Origin: Psammoneis japonica
Taxonomy: Eukaryota
Assembly (NCBI GenBank): GCA_008632985.1
Contig: QPGO01000053.1
Location: 310,001 to 374,000 of the forward strand
DNA length: 64,000 nt
Direction of reading: 5' to 3'
In this document: piece by piece, positions 48,920-62,130 of the stretch
How the letters are laid out: every line of letters starts with the position of its first letter
How positions within the stretch are numbered: position 1 is the stretch's first letter
Notes under the pieces: model-generated
The model's input: only the letters and a program-made list of their open reading frames with translations
Databases searched by the model: none
What the model was told of the DNA's origin: nothing
Translations under genes and position numbers: made by a program

Positions 48920-50420
48920 TGGGCAAGCCATGTGCAGGGGTTATGAGTCCCAAAAAACAGGGTTTGGGCCAATTTCTGGCACAAGTTCCATGTGGCAAAT
49001 TCACGCAGAACATCTTGTTCATCGTGCTTTTCTCCCATGCTTTGCAAAAAATGGGCCACAACATCAAAGAATTGACTTCAGTCAGAACAGCTGACACTTT
49101 GCGTGCTTGCTTTTTGACAACAAACACGATGATTTCCATCATTCTGTGAAGCTCCACAATTGGAAAATGTTCGCCGTGGTGGGCCCGCAATGAAGTGTTG
49201 ATCACCAAAATTCTGAAAACAGAATTTTGAAGTGTTTGTGCACAGAGGCGTGTCACTCATGCAAAAGTCATCAGGCAAAGTGTCAATGGTTTCAGGGGAA
49301 AAGGATTCCTTGAGGTGCTGGCCGTTCACGGCAGAAGCACGAGAAAAAAAATCAGCTCAAACCCTGACTTTCATGTTTTTTTTTTGCACAAAATTTCTGC
49401 ATGATTTTTGCACCACAGTGCACATGGCTCATCCAAGAGTGCACTCACTGGGTCAAAGCCCCAAACAATGACCTGCAACCAATGCACTCTTTTTTGCCTC
49501 TCTGACATCATGCACCAATCGTGGATGCGGACGAAGGTCAGAATGACCACCACACAGAGTTGACTGGAAGCCAAAAATTGCAAATTGATCCCATGATGTG
49601 ATGTTGACACACAAGGTGTCAATGTCAATCACATCCAGACAATCTGTTGTCACAGTCTTGTTTGCTGATGGGCCTTTTGTCCTGTGGGACTGGTGCAATT
49701 GCTTTGGGCCATTGAGAGCTCATTCGGAGAAACCCAGAACGATTGACTGGAATTTGTTCTCATGATTTTCGCTTTTCGTGTTTTGTTCCACTTTCGTTTG
49801 CACTCAATCTTCAAGCACAGTGCAGTCTTGCCACTGTCCAAGGCAGTGAACATGGATGTCAACAACAACTGATGTCAATGTTTTGCTGTTTCTGTCACAG
49901 GTGCAGCGCTGACAAGCCATGTGCAGGGGTTGTGAGTCCCGAAAAACAGGGTTGGGCTGATTTCTGGTGCAAAACTCACATAGAAAATTCGCGCAGAATG
50001 TCTTGTTCATCGTGCTTTTCCTGTGCTTTACGAAAAATGGGCCATGACCTCAAGGAATTGATTTCAGTCACAATGGCTGACACTTTGCGCACTTGCTTTT
50101 TGATGACAAACACGACGATGTCCACCACTCAGCAAAATTCCATCATTGGAAAATGTTTGCCGTGGTGGGACCGCAGTGAAGTGTTGATCGAATTTCTGAA
50201 AATGGAGCTTTGAAGTGTTCACGCACAGAATCGTGTTGCTCATGTTAAAATCATCATGCAAAGTGTCAATGGTTTCAGGGGAAAACGATTCCTTGAGGCG
50301 TCAGTGGAGCAGAGAAGCACGGCAGAAGCATGAGAAAAAATCGGCCCAAACCCCAATTTTCACAATTTTTTCTGCACAGAATTTCCACGTGATTTTTGCA
50401 CCAGTGCACATGGCTTGTTC
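48920..50420 (+). repeat. Diverged ~500-bp direct duplication (48920-49430 and 49910-50420)
   Basis: Collinear from caagccatgtgcaggggt to gatttttgcacca…gtgcacatggct. Differences are dominated by TG/CA swaps. Confidence 0.9.
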
Positions 50421-50448
50421 TGCGGGCGCATGCACGTGCAGAAAATCT

Positions 50449-50571
50449 GGGGTGACACCCAAAAACAGGGGGTCTGGTGCCCGTTCTGCATCAGCTGCCA
50501 TTGGATGCGGGGTGACGCCCAAAAACAGGGGATCTGGTGCCCGTTCTGCATCAATTGCCATTGGGTGCGGG
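50449..50571 (+). repeat. Tandem repeat, 2 x 60 bp
   Basis: ggggtgac(a/g)cccaaaaacagggg(g/a)tctggtgcccgttctgcatca… repeated with period 60. Confidence 0.9.
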
Positions 50572-51125
50572 ACGTTAAACCCCTTCCAATCACAGATTCG
50601 CAACCAACCAGTCATGATGAGATGCAAAAGGATGTCTGCTTCTAAATGAACCTGTTGAGTTTTGCCACTCGAACGGCTGTCGCTAAAGTGAAAATCCGGG
50701 TGCTGCACCCGGGCGCGGCCGAACTGAACAATGTGCAGCGGCAAAATTGTGCTCTCACCACAAAAGAAATTTGTGCTCTCACCACAATGTAGAAATGTGC
50801 CAGGCACCACATAGAAGAAAAAGCACTGTCAATGGATGAGGAATCTCGACCGAGCCCTCCGACGACACAACACTCTCGAGGTCATTGCTTGCCGTCTCCG
50901 CAAAGATTTTGTGCTTTTGGGAGAGACTCTCAATGCACTGCATGCATTGCTCTAAGCCATGTGATTCTTGGAGTTGCAACGTGGAGTTGCTTTGTGCATG
51001 GATTGAAGCCCAGAGTTGTCCACAGGCAGAGCATTTCCTGACATGAGCTTGTTCCATTTGTCATTCTTGTCACATTTCTGCGGCAACTGTTCCATCAAAA
51101 AAGAAGGCAACTGTGGAATCTGACT

Positions 51126-54100
51126 GTGTCTCATGACATTTCTCTGCAGGGAAGAGACAGCGACGGCGATGGTGATGATTTGTTCAACACCATGCTTCGC
51201 GATCTCGATGATGCTGATGGCAGACACGAGGCAGCTCACAGCAACAACGAAACTGCTGTTGACCTCACCGCATCAGAAAGTGACGATGACGTCGCCTCGG
51301 CAGCTGTGGGGCGAGTGAAGGACCCTCGTGACCATGTGCACGACTCTGGCATGGCTGTCGACCTCACCACAACCAGCTCATCAGAAAGTGACGGAGACAA
51401 TGGATGGTCCATGAATGATGGCATCGCCTCAGCAGATGCGGGTCAAGTCAAGGACCCTCGTGACCGTGCGCACGACTCTGGCATGGCATCCGCAGCACGC
51501 AAGCATGGTTGCATGTCCAAGGAATCAGAAATGTTGGTTGCTCATGGTTGTTTCTGTTTCTCTTGTTTCATTTTATTTTCAGCAGCTGTGGTTTCATTGC
51601 CAGTGGGCAACATTGCATCCAGCACACCGGCTCCTTTGTCAATGCAACCTGCTCCTGTGTCTCAATCGCCACCTGAACGCCGCAAGAAGAAAGCTCCAGA
51701 ATCCCGTTCCAATGGCAGGGATGGCAGTGGAGACTGGTTCCCATTGTGGTCTGCTCCGTCATCAGACTCGGCGATGCAGCATTCAAAAATGCCTTCCGCG
51801 TCTGAAAAGCATGTCATCGAATTGTGGAATGCTCCAGATGGATTTAAGTTCCTTGTCAACTCGTCAGTGTCAAATGTGGTCATAAAATGCTGGGACTGCG
51901 CCGACCATGGATGCTCGGTGCAGGTGAAGATTGAGCGTTCCGGCTCAACACTTGTCAAAGAGCAACGAGGAGCACACAACCACCCCCCGCCCGCAGGAGG
52001 AATGCCTGCAAATGCAACAAACCCGCCATTGCCACGGCCTGCCCCAGCACGCAAGTGGCCAGCAAATGTGGAGCTCTCGGACTGCCTTTTGCAGCATGCG
52101 GCAAACATGGAACAAAACACACTCGAACAGCATGGCTTGGAGGATGAAGCCATGCTGGATCAAAAGATGCGTCCTGTGAAAGCCTTGCGCGCCGCCGCTC
52201 CCAATGTTGGGAATGCAAGTGTGCCGCCAACTTTCAATTTGCCGCATGCTCCAAAAATGATCTGACGATTTTTTCCTTTCTTTTTGCAATGGGCAAATTG
52301 TCAAATTTGAGGAGTCATGCTCCATTCTCTGAAAATGTTTGCTGCTGTACACAATGAAGGCCAGCGAGGGAGAATGCGAGTGCAGCATCAGCCGTGCTTC
52401 TAGGCCGTGTGGCATTGGACGCCACAACATTGAAGGTGTCGGTAAATGGACTGCCAAGCTCATGGTGGAGTGCAAGCATTTTCAATCTCTCTGTTGTACG
52501 ATGTGGCTTTCTCAGTCATGCTGCAGTTGCAAGGAATGACGTGCTTCAATTGTCACTGCTGGAGAGTGTTGGAACAGCCACACAATCAACCTCAACATTG
52601 TCACTGGCATGGTGATTGTTTGCATTGGCGTCACCAGCACAATGGTGGATCACTGGCATTGTGGGTGCATGCACCTGTCATTCGCATCGGCGCTGCCTGC
52701 ACATCGCCTCCAGCAGAGCACAATCTAGAAACTGATGTGTGCTTGTTAGTCAGATCATGGCATGTGACAACAGCATCGAGCGCAACTGCAACATGTTGAA
52801 AAAACCATCGTTGCCGATGTCGATCATGCTCCGTGTGTGGAGACGAGTGCGATTGTGGTGTGGATCACCAACCGTGATGTTTCACTCCATGGCGTTTGTC
52901 ACGATCCGTGGCATGATCACGATCCGTGTGCATGCCGCCCTGCATGGCAGTGACTGCTGCAGTCTGCAAATGAAACAGCAAGTTACTTCTTTCCTCTGGT
53001 TCTTAGAACATTTGCATCTATGATGATTCAAGACAATGATGACGCAGACTCGCCGCCACCCAATCTGGAGGGTTGGCGTTTAGCGCGTTTTCTTCCTTCA
53101 CCCACTTCTGGTTCATGTGGCACCACAACAGATGATGAGAAACACATTGTTGAGACACTGCAGCGGATTGAGAATGACGGACTGCATGGCATCCATCAGG
53201 GTCAACAGAACAACAGGCTGTGCTCGTTGATTTGCCAATCTCCAAATTGTCATGTTGGTGCCAGGATCCAGCGCTTTCCAGGGAAGCTCGGCATGCATTT
53301 GCCGGAGGGACAGCATCACAAGCAACATGATGAAACACTGGCCAAGGGCCTCAAGAAACCAGCATTGCGACAGGTGCAAGAAAAACCGCACATGAGTCGG
53401 GCGCAGCTGTGTGATCACCTGAAAGGGTTGGGGTCGCACAACAAGTCGAAGTCAAAAGAAAAGCAACCTCAAATCCATTGCAAATGCAATGAGAGCAAAG
53501 GGAGCAACAAAGCAATTTGTTGATGGTGGCACATTTGACAACCTGGAGGAGCTAAAACTGTCCCTCGATTCACGTCGCCAATCCATTGACGAGTTTCTAG
53601 CCGGAAGGAATGAAGCGGAGCCTTCTGTTGCAAGACTGCCTGCAATGAAGGCGGAAGACCCACTGCGAAACATTGCAGTTCTTGATCATGACGTTGATGA
53701 TGGCACTGACGGGCTGCATCAAGATTGGTCTCACATCATTTTTGCATTTCCAAGTGCTCGAATGGTGCTTGAGAATGTGCAACAGCTTTGGAAGACCGGG
53801 AAGGTGCAACTTGAGATGGACCATGCAAAAGGTTTTTGGGACAATGATCTTCGTCAACTTGGCATGGTGGGAATCAGTGACGCCAACAGAATGTTTTTTC
53901 CGCTCGTCGTTGGCATTCAAAAGGCAGAAGACAGTGATGGCAGTGCTGCCATTCTGCTTCGTTCAACAGAAATGACATTGAAGAGTTGAGGAATGCCGTG
54001 CACATGCCTGAAAGATGGTTCCCTGGCACTGGCCAATGGCGCCAATCAGGTGCAGTTGACTGACATGGATTGCTGGGCTCACTTTGTCCGGGTGCCATTT

Positions 54101-56334
54101 GCACGGGGCGGAGGTTGTCGCGGCTCCAAAGGATCCTTCTCCTGGCACATGCTTGAGCAGAAGTTCCCAATGGAGTTCGTGTTTGGTGTTCTTTCTTGCT
54201 TTTTTGCTTTCTCGCACCTCACCACAGCACACAACTGGGTGATGGCAAGAAGACTGTACAAGGATGAAAACCCTGAGCTTCCGGACCACTTCTGCGCACA
54301 GCACCCACCACTTTTCCCTGGATTTGGGTCAGCATGTCATGAGCCAGGGGAGGCACAATCGGGCCAGGGACTTGAAAGAACTTGGGGGCACCTAAAAGAC
54401 CAAAAGAGAGACTGTGACAAAACAAATAAAACGGCCGACATTGAGTCAATCTTTGAAGCCACATCAAGGTGGGAGGAAACGCATGCCGAAGATGCCTTTG
54501 CTGCCGAGCCAACAACACCAAAATCCGGGTGGGATGTCATTGCGAATTGCCACAGAAAGGATGCCGGCATCGATTTCAAGAGCTGCGCACACTGCTCGTT
54601 AGAGACCTGCCAGCCATTGACGCGCCAGGAAGCAATCAGAAAATCAGCGATCGTTGGTGGATGCGTGGTGCACATGCCAACCTTCCACTTCTGTTCAGCG
54701 TGGAAGGAACAAGCCATTGACCGGATGGTTGGTGTGGATGATTCGACAGGGGGATTGACAATTGAGCAAATCACCATACAACAAGAAGCCAAGAAGAAAA
54801 TGAATCAAGCATGCACATCCGCTAGACCCACTCCAGTCAAGTCTGCGTTCATGGAGATTGTTGGCACCCACCTTCTAAACAACACGCTGTCACCTCTTGA
54901 AGGGGAAGACTGCCGTTCATTCCTGTTGCGACGGTCTCAGCACTTCATTTCAGTGAATCAAATGGGGTTACATGGAAAGAAGAACCAAGGCAAGAAAAGA
55001 GGAAGAAAGGTGAGACGAGTGATCACGAATTAGATTTGGAAAACAAAAAGTGGGAAGCTGACGCTGGGGCAGAATTTGAGAGCAACTTGCAAAGAGAACT
55101 GCCAAAGGATGCAAACAAGGATGCTGAAGAGGAATCAAGAGCTCGTGCATTGTTGTCTGAATTAAAAGAGTCGGCGCAACAGATGCCGATGGTTCAACCG
55201 TCTCGTGACGCCAACCGTGACTCGGTTTCGACAAAGCCAAGGCACCACAGGCTGTGCAGCCGGGCTTGCGGACACTTCAAGGAAACAACCGTTCGAGCAG
55301 GAGTGCACGCTTTGTGCAATTGTGAAGTGTTCATGAGAAATGGTTGGTGTTGCGACACCCTCATCCACAACTCAGTGGAGCTCGGGGAAACACCACCAGC
55401 AAAATGCCGCGATGCCGACGGCGTCGGTTGGGACAACATCAGAATTGGATGGACAAGACAGTTGATGAGCACCGTGTTTGGTGGAGAAGGGGAAAAGAAC
55501 AATGCAGCAAACATGCACAAGACTCACTTTCCAGCAGTTGATCTGCTCTTTCACTTCCAATCTGTTGTTGAAGCTGTGCCGGTTCCATGGATGGCAGACA
55601 TTGACACCAAGGAGCCAAAAACCCTGGGCATCACAACAGCTCGCAATGCTCACACAAACCAAGCATGCGTTGCATCAGTTCAGCCAAATTCAAAGGGAAG
55701 AGCAATTGTGGACGATGTCACAGTGGGGGTGAACGGAGTTGCTGTTGTGTTGCAGGACGATGGATCCCTTCTGGCGGGGCACAAGCTGGATTGCATTGTT
55801 GACATGATCAATCGCTGCAAGGAAGAGAGTCGCATTGTTAGATTCGATGTGCTGCGCAAGCACAGGAAGGGGCAAGAAGGGCAAACGCATGGCTTGCCGC
55901 ACAGTTGGAAGTTTTCAAAAAGTTGTTTGCAAAAGAGATGGGGCTGAAAATGGCCACGCGATTCACGTTGAGCGAAGGCAACAAGGGCATGGGAACAGGT
56001 CTTTTTTGCGACAGCAAAGGGGGGTGAGCTTGCACCCAGGCCTGGGTTCATTTCGGAATCTCCATCCGGCATGGTCAGGTTCCTGGGACTGCAAAAAGGA
56101 AGAACCCCCGATGGAGATGTTGGCGGCAAGTTCCATGACGCTGTGATGCAACTGAGGAAACGTTTCAACTTTCAGCCCCTCGATTGCTCTCATGGTCGAA
56201 ACTGCACCCTCGTTGACGGAGAGGACAATGAGGAAAAGCCACTCATTGTTGATCTTGAGCACTGGAAAGATCTTTCCAAGAGGAAACAGTTTGGAAAGAC
56301 TAAACTTCCGTGGTGTCCATTAGGATTTCTATGA
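51126..56334 (+). mobile_element. Mutator/MULE transposon relic (WRKY-like Zn finger, DDE transposase, SWIM)
   Basis: CADHGC…GAHNH zinc finger. LEMDHAKGF, CLKDGSLAL, DCWAHF (CxxH) and GLERTWGHLK give the MULE D-D-E layout. LCNCEVFMRNGWCC is SWIM-like. Interrupted by stops and frameshifts. Confidence 0.72.
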
Positions 56335-56499
56335 CAATGGCACCAGAGTCTAAATGGAGCTGCTGAATTTGAAGTCAGCATTGGCAAAGTGTCTCACAGA
56401 GGTTGCGTGCGCAAAAGAAGTGCGACGGCGTGATTTTGAATTCTTCGTTGTTGTTTTTTTCTCACTCCCAACATGTTGTCAAAATGCAACAGCACAGCT

Positions 56500-57560
56500 C
56501 TGTATGTCTTGTCATGTTTCACCACAATCCGTCGTCGTTTTGGCAAGAACAAGAACACAGCAGCCAGGTGACAAGGCAGCAGTGATGGATTCAATGACAA
56601 AACCCGCCTCTTGCGCAAGCTCGCTCCATTCACGCTTGGTCCGTGCTCGCTCACAACCCAGCAACAGGTGCAAAACATCCACGCACAGTTGTAGATTGTT
56701 GCTTCCAGAGGCATTGCTGGGCAACACGGCTTCACCTGTTGCAATCTTGCCATCTTGTGGCAAGGCAGCATGACAAGATTTGAGAATGTCAATGGATTTT
56801 TGTTCGCTCCACATGCACTCATCAAGAACATGTTTCATGAAAATGGCATTGCACCCTGGAATGGTGGATGAATCAAACACACGTCACCAGCAATCAGCTC
56901 GACCATGTCATTTGCAGAAGCGGGTGCCGACTCCACCACCTCAGCAAGATCAAGGCATTTGCACTTGACTTTGGGAATTTGCAAGCACTGTGGCATCCAC
57001 CGACATTGACAACCATCTTGCCCGAGAGTTGATTCCAAACAAATCCTTTCAACACAGCCTCAACCTTGCCGTTGTGACATGAATCACCACCAATCCAAGG
57101 GTGTGCGCTGTTTGTCTGCAAAGACTTTGAGCAACAGCATCAATGGCTGAACTGTTTCGCCAAACTCAGAGGAAACCACCAATTTAAAGATGATCCAGTG
57201 TGCTGGGGTGAGATTCTTTCATGCTTTTGAACAACTCAAGGGTTGGCTGGAGATGATGTGAAGGAGGTCAACAAGCACATGATTGCCTCTGGTTGGGCCA
57301 AATGAAAGTGAGGACATTCCAAGCAATGCAGCCCATGCTGTTGTCGCCAAACTTGACAGGACGAATGACGTCAGCAAATGACAGCATTTTCAAGAAAGAG
57401 CTGGAAGGAGCACACTCAACACCACTTGCACAGCCACCTTTCCAGCAACCCACACTGCTGTCCTCCAAGCAAGCAACCTCAAGCAGAAAAAGCAGAACAC
57501 CAGGCACAAGCATGTCAGCCTTCAAGATGAGAGCTGTCCAAGGACATTTTGTTTGCAGCC
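56500..57560 (-). pseudogene. COMT-type O-methyltransferase pseudogene
   Basis: Fragments across frames: KMVVNVGG, CLDLAEVVESAP…ELIAGD, FDSSTIPGCNAIFMKHVL…WSEQKSIDILKSCHAALPQDGKI…EAVLP and RARTKREWSELAQEAGF. Confidence 0.8.
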
Positions 57561-58149
57561 TGTCCAGATGTGCATGTCAAGCAAGCTGGAAATGTGAGTC
57601 AAGGCATGTGGGCCCACTTCTCAAGCTTTTCCATGGTCGCTCTCTGATGATGTGATGAACCTCAAGAGCTGGGGTGGCGTTGAGCCCATTGTCTTGAGGC
57701 GCGAGAGGAAAAGGCAGGGGTGTGTGTGTTTCATGTGGCTCCAAGGATGAGAGCAACATTTGTTGTCAACTTTTCTGTCCCTGTCATGTGTTTTGTTGAC
57801 AAGAGAACTCCAAAAATCAGCCAGAGGATGCAAAATGACCCAGCTCCCAGTTTTGTGCAACAGCGCAGCAGATGCATGCGCAAGCTCTGGGGGGAGGGCA
57901 ATTGAGAGCCTCTGGTTGTCAACAGCTTTGACTGCAGAGACAACTGGGTTTGTGTGTGTGTGTGCGGTTCTGTCCAAAGCAACACAACAAGAAAGGGGCT
58001 TCTTCTCAGGAAGAAGCTTGATGGCAGGAAAACAAAGGGCACGTCATTGGCATCAAGCAAGCTCCTTGGTTGCTTCAGGAACACAAATGAGAGAGGGCTC
58101 CTCCAAGAAGGCTGTCAGGCTCCTGCTGCAAATGACCATGCAAGCAGCG

Positions 58150-58610
58150 TCATAAAATCGCCAACTCGATTGCAGTCCTGTTTGCAGCTCGATTGCGGAC
58201 TGCGATCGAAACGACTGCAATCTGCTGATTGTTTGTCTGGCGCTGGTCACAAAGATCGCAGTCGTGTTCGCGATCGATCGCGATCGATTCGTGTCTAAAA
58301 TTCAGTCGTGAATCGGGATTTTCATCGCACACGGGACTAAAAATTGACCGAAAGGTGGCACACATTCACGAAAAATGCGTCCTTGCGCAGAGGGCGCCCC
58401 TGCGTGGGGCGCGCGAATTCCGCGCGGTGGCCCAATCACGATCGCGATTGCAGTCGATTGTCACACGTGGCAAGCGCGCGCGCATTGCGATCTTTTGATT
58501 GCTGCGAAGCCGCGTGCAATCGATGGTTGCAATCCGTGATTGTTGGGAGAAAGTTGACGATTTTGTGACACTGCATGCAAGGCATTGCAGCTGAAGATTG
58601 CAGTCATCAG
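58150..58610. repeat. CpG-rich array of cgatcg/cgattgca-type motifs around a GC hairpin
   Basis: Many cgatcg, cgattgcag and cgactgcaatc units in both orientations. Hairpin gcgcccc-tgcgt-ggggcgc at ~58394-58412. Confidence 0.65.
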
Positions 58611-59449
58611 ACAATGATTTTTAATGATGCAGCAACAACCTGGGCTTGCATCATGTGACTGTCCTTGTCAGGCACAGAAACAAGGGGGTTGAGTTGTTTG
58701 CACAGACAACCCCCGGTTTGAGCATGTGGTGCGGCGCATGTCGTGACATGCATGCATGTGCAGTGTGTGTGGGGGCCCTGAAGAGCACAAAATCCAAAAA
58801 TCCATCATCTCAACAGAAAAAATGCTGCATCACATGCGTGGATGAAGGTCAACAAATAAAAGACAAAAGCAACTGGTGCTCAAATGGTCAAAATCAATGA
58901 CCTCAAAACAGAAAAACAGCCAATCGATTGGCCAGGAGTCAATGGCATCCCAACCCAAAAATGACTGAGGCAACACAAAATTCAGAATGTTTTGCGTGTG
59001 CAAGCATCACAATTTTTATAAAACCCCAAACCATGCAAAAGTCATTGCATTCTGTTTTGTGTGCAAAGACTGCTTGTGAGCAAAATTGGTCATTTTGAAA
59101 GTGGTCAGCCCCCAAACCCGTGACCCCGACTTTGTCTCACCCATCTATCTCCAGTCGGTTTGGGGTCAGGACAGGGGGGAGACACAGACAAATTTGATGA
59201 CTCAGCTGAACCCCAAATGTCACAGTGACAGACAAGCATGCGCAATCATTCTCAAGTGCCATGAGTCACTGTAAAAACTTCAACTCATGACCTGGTTGAC
59301 CCCCAAAACAAATTTTTGGTAAAACCGGCATTGATGTGTGTGCTGTGTCACATCGTTGGAGATCTTGGATCTTGTTGAAGGCCAATGACAACAACGTTGA
59401 GACACTCAAAGAACCAGGATTGTCTCTGCATCTTGTCGCTGTTTTGCTT

Positions 59450-59558
59450 TCACCATGGCTGAAGAAGGAGAGGAAGTGGTGGCGTCCTGGTCCAGGATTT
59501 GCTTTCTCACCATGGCTGAAGAAGGGGAAAAAGTGGCGGCATCCTGGTCTGGGATTTG
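59450..59558 (+). repeat. Tandem repeat, ~2 x 57 bp
   Basis: tcaccatggctgaagaagg…aagtgg.ggc.tcctggtc..ggatttg at 59450 and 59507. Confidence 0.85.
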
Positions 59559-61049
59559 GGAGATGCTGCTCATTTCCTTTGTTCAGGGCATCATCTTTTG
59601 TTGGTTTTTTCTCAGACAGCACTGCAAGGAAAAGGAAAAGCAGTGTTGTGACTTGCGCGAACCATGCCAAAACACTCATCAACACTGTTCCCCACCTTCA
59701 TTTGAGGACAACTGGATCAAGGCAGCCCACAATGTGTCTGACGAGGAAATGCTGTGGTGCATCAGATTGGATTTGCACATCACCCCAATTGCCTTTCAGC
59801 GGTGGTGGTGGTCATGAATGCAGCAGCAACAACAGTTGCCAACCCAAGTCCTGGGGATTCACACAGCTGTGAACAGCAGCGCAGCTGGCCAAAAAAAGAG
59901 CAACAACCTCTTTGGGGCTCTCATTTCTGCACAGTTTCCACACCTTGCTTGTTCATGCATTTTTGTGAGAGCATTGTTGTGCCTTGCCATGTGCCGCCAA
60001 TGCTGCTTCATTTGCTTCTGCAAAGACAACTCCCTCTCCATGTTGCAATGCTGTGGTCTGCTCCTCTCACTCTGCACACAAATTGAACTGTCCACCTCTT
60101 TCTGCTGTCTGATCTTGTTGCTTCCAACAAGGAATGTCTCCCACTTGTTTCTTTCCACAGACTTGGATCCATTCCTTTTCCATGGACAGCTTTGCTGTTT
60201 GCAATTGTTTCACTGCAGAGGCGTGTCTCTGCCAGGTGATGGCTTCCTGGATTGCACAAGTCCTTTCTCTGCACAGCCACAACACCTTTTCTCTTTGAGA
60301 TCCCCCTGCTTTCACCATTCAAGACAAGTCATGGGACATCATGGATCTTGCTGCGTGCTCCTCTTGATTGCAATGAATGATCATGGGACAGATGTGGTGT
60401 GGCTCAGCCCTGCCAGATGGCAATGAATGTTTGTTGCATTGGATGTGAAGTTGCTCCCATCATGCCTGCCACTGCTTCCATCCCATGGATTCAAAGATTT
60501 AAGCTGTCATGTTGGTGGCCATGAAAGTTTTCCTGAGCACTGAATGAGGACCAATGTGCAGCTGTTGGCTGGAAAATGCTCAATGAGTTTGCAACTGATG
60601 GCCTTTTTCTGTGGGTTGATTGAGAAAAAGAATGCTGTCTGACAAGTCTTGTTTGCATGGCAGCTCTCAAACACAAGGTTCACGTGAATCATGACAAGGT
60701 CCATGGTCCATGGATGATCACATGTCAAATGGTGACAGACACAGCTCATGCACTGCCCAACAGTGATGTGAGGCTGCAAGAGTGAGTGCTGCCAAGACAA
60801 AAGGAATGACAGAGATGGTGTCTTCTGTGGCTGCTGACCAACAATGCCTTGCATTGCGGTCATCACATGGGCTGCAATTTCTTTGAAATGGCGCTGCTTT
60901 CTGACAGCAGCACTGGTTGTTTGCAAGAGATTTGCAAGCAACAAGAGAGCCTGGAAACAAAAAATGACAATGCCACGTGAATCATCATCTCTCTTGCAAC
61001 ATCCTTGGGTGCTTTCTGACTCTGGCTCCTTGATGGTCACCAGTTCAAA

Positions 61050-62130
61050 AATGTCTCAGATTTGAAACTTAAAAAAATGTTCAACCTGGCTGCAACAGTG
61101 TGTGGTGGATGGGTTTTTGAACTTCCCCATGCTGCTTTGTCTCCTCCACCCCAAGTTGATCTTCTAGAGACATTTGTTGACCAACTGCATGCCTCGCCAG
61201 CTTGGGATGGGCTGTGTGGTTTGCAGAGGAGGAACTGTGCACATCTCCAGACACTTCGGTGCAGTGCACTTCATGCCATTGACCCTTGCAGCTGGCAGCA
61301 ATGGACCAGCAAATGAAGGTGCTGCCCTTGGTTGGACAATTGCACACAACAGAGTCCCATCGGTGGATTGTGCAGGACCAGTTTTTAGAAAACAACCATC
61401 ATCCTGTCAAGCAGAAAAGCTGATCTTTCTTTTCATTTGTCATTTTGTGGAATGCTGCAGAATTGAACTGATTTACAGAGTGGATGTTTTTTGTGACAAC
61501 AAAGCTCTGGTGACTTGCTTGGATTGTTTGTCTCTCACTTGTCCTGCTCCAATTTCTCCCAGAAGAATCCAACAATGACCAAGACTTCTGCTTGAGACAC
61601 CATGGGCAGAGCCAAGAATGCTCTTGCTTCCAATTGGGACATTGTCAATGAAATGCTCCATGCAGGGATTCAACCAGAAGATCAACGCCAGGGTGCAACT
61701 TCTTCATCCAGCCTCACAGTTCAATGGGTCAAGGGCCATCAAGACAGACACATGCCCCTCTCCACGCTCTTCCCTTGCCAGCCAGAGTGAATGCAAGAGT
61801 GGACAAGTCAGCCAGTGCTTGCCAAGGTCATTGTCCAAGAGATGCAATGCAAGCAAAGCTGGTTCCCCATTGCTGCTCACATTTGGCAGTGGATGAACAA
61901 GGCACATTGACTTCAAATTGTGCAAGAAACAGATCCGGCATGCAGCCACTGCACCCCAGTCATTGGAACACATCTCCGAGTGCAATCAGTGGCATCCTGA
62001 TGTTGCAGCATTGACAGATTGGGAATCTCATGCAGTGCTCATTAAATGACACTCCAAGAAACATGTCAATGCGGCCAAGCTCTTCCACAACCTTCTTCCA
62101 ATGAACAAGATTGCTCATTGGCAGTGAAAT
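61050..62130 (+). mobile_element. Non-LTR retrotransposon relic, RNase H region
   Basis: SNG…LGWTIA…CAGPVF…PSSCQAE (SSYRAE-like), VFCDNKALV, NWDIV, QWVKGHQD and ARVNARVDK occur in the RNase H motif order, across frameshifts. Confidence 0.65.

Noticed and set aside
50449..50571. CRISPR-like array
   Set aside because: Only two contiguous 60-bp units, no unique spacers, no cas genes, eukaryotic context.
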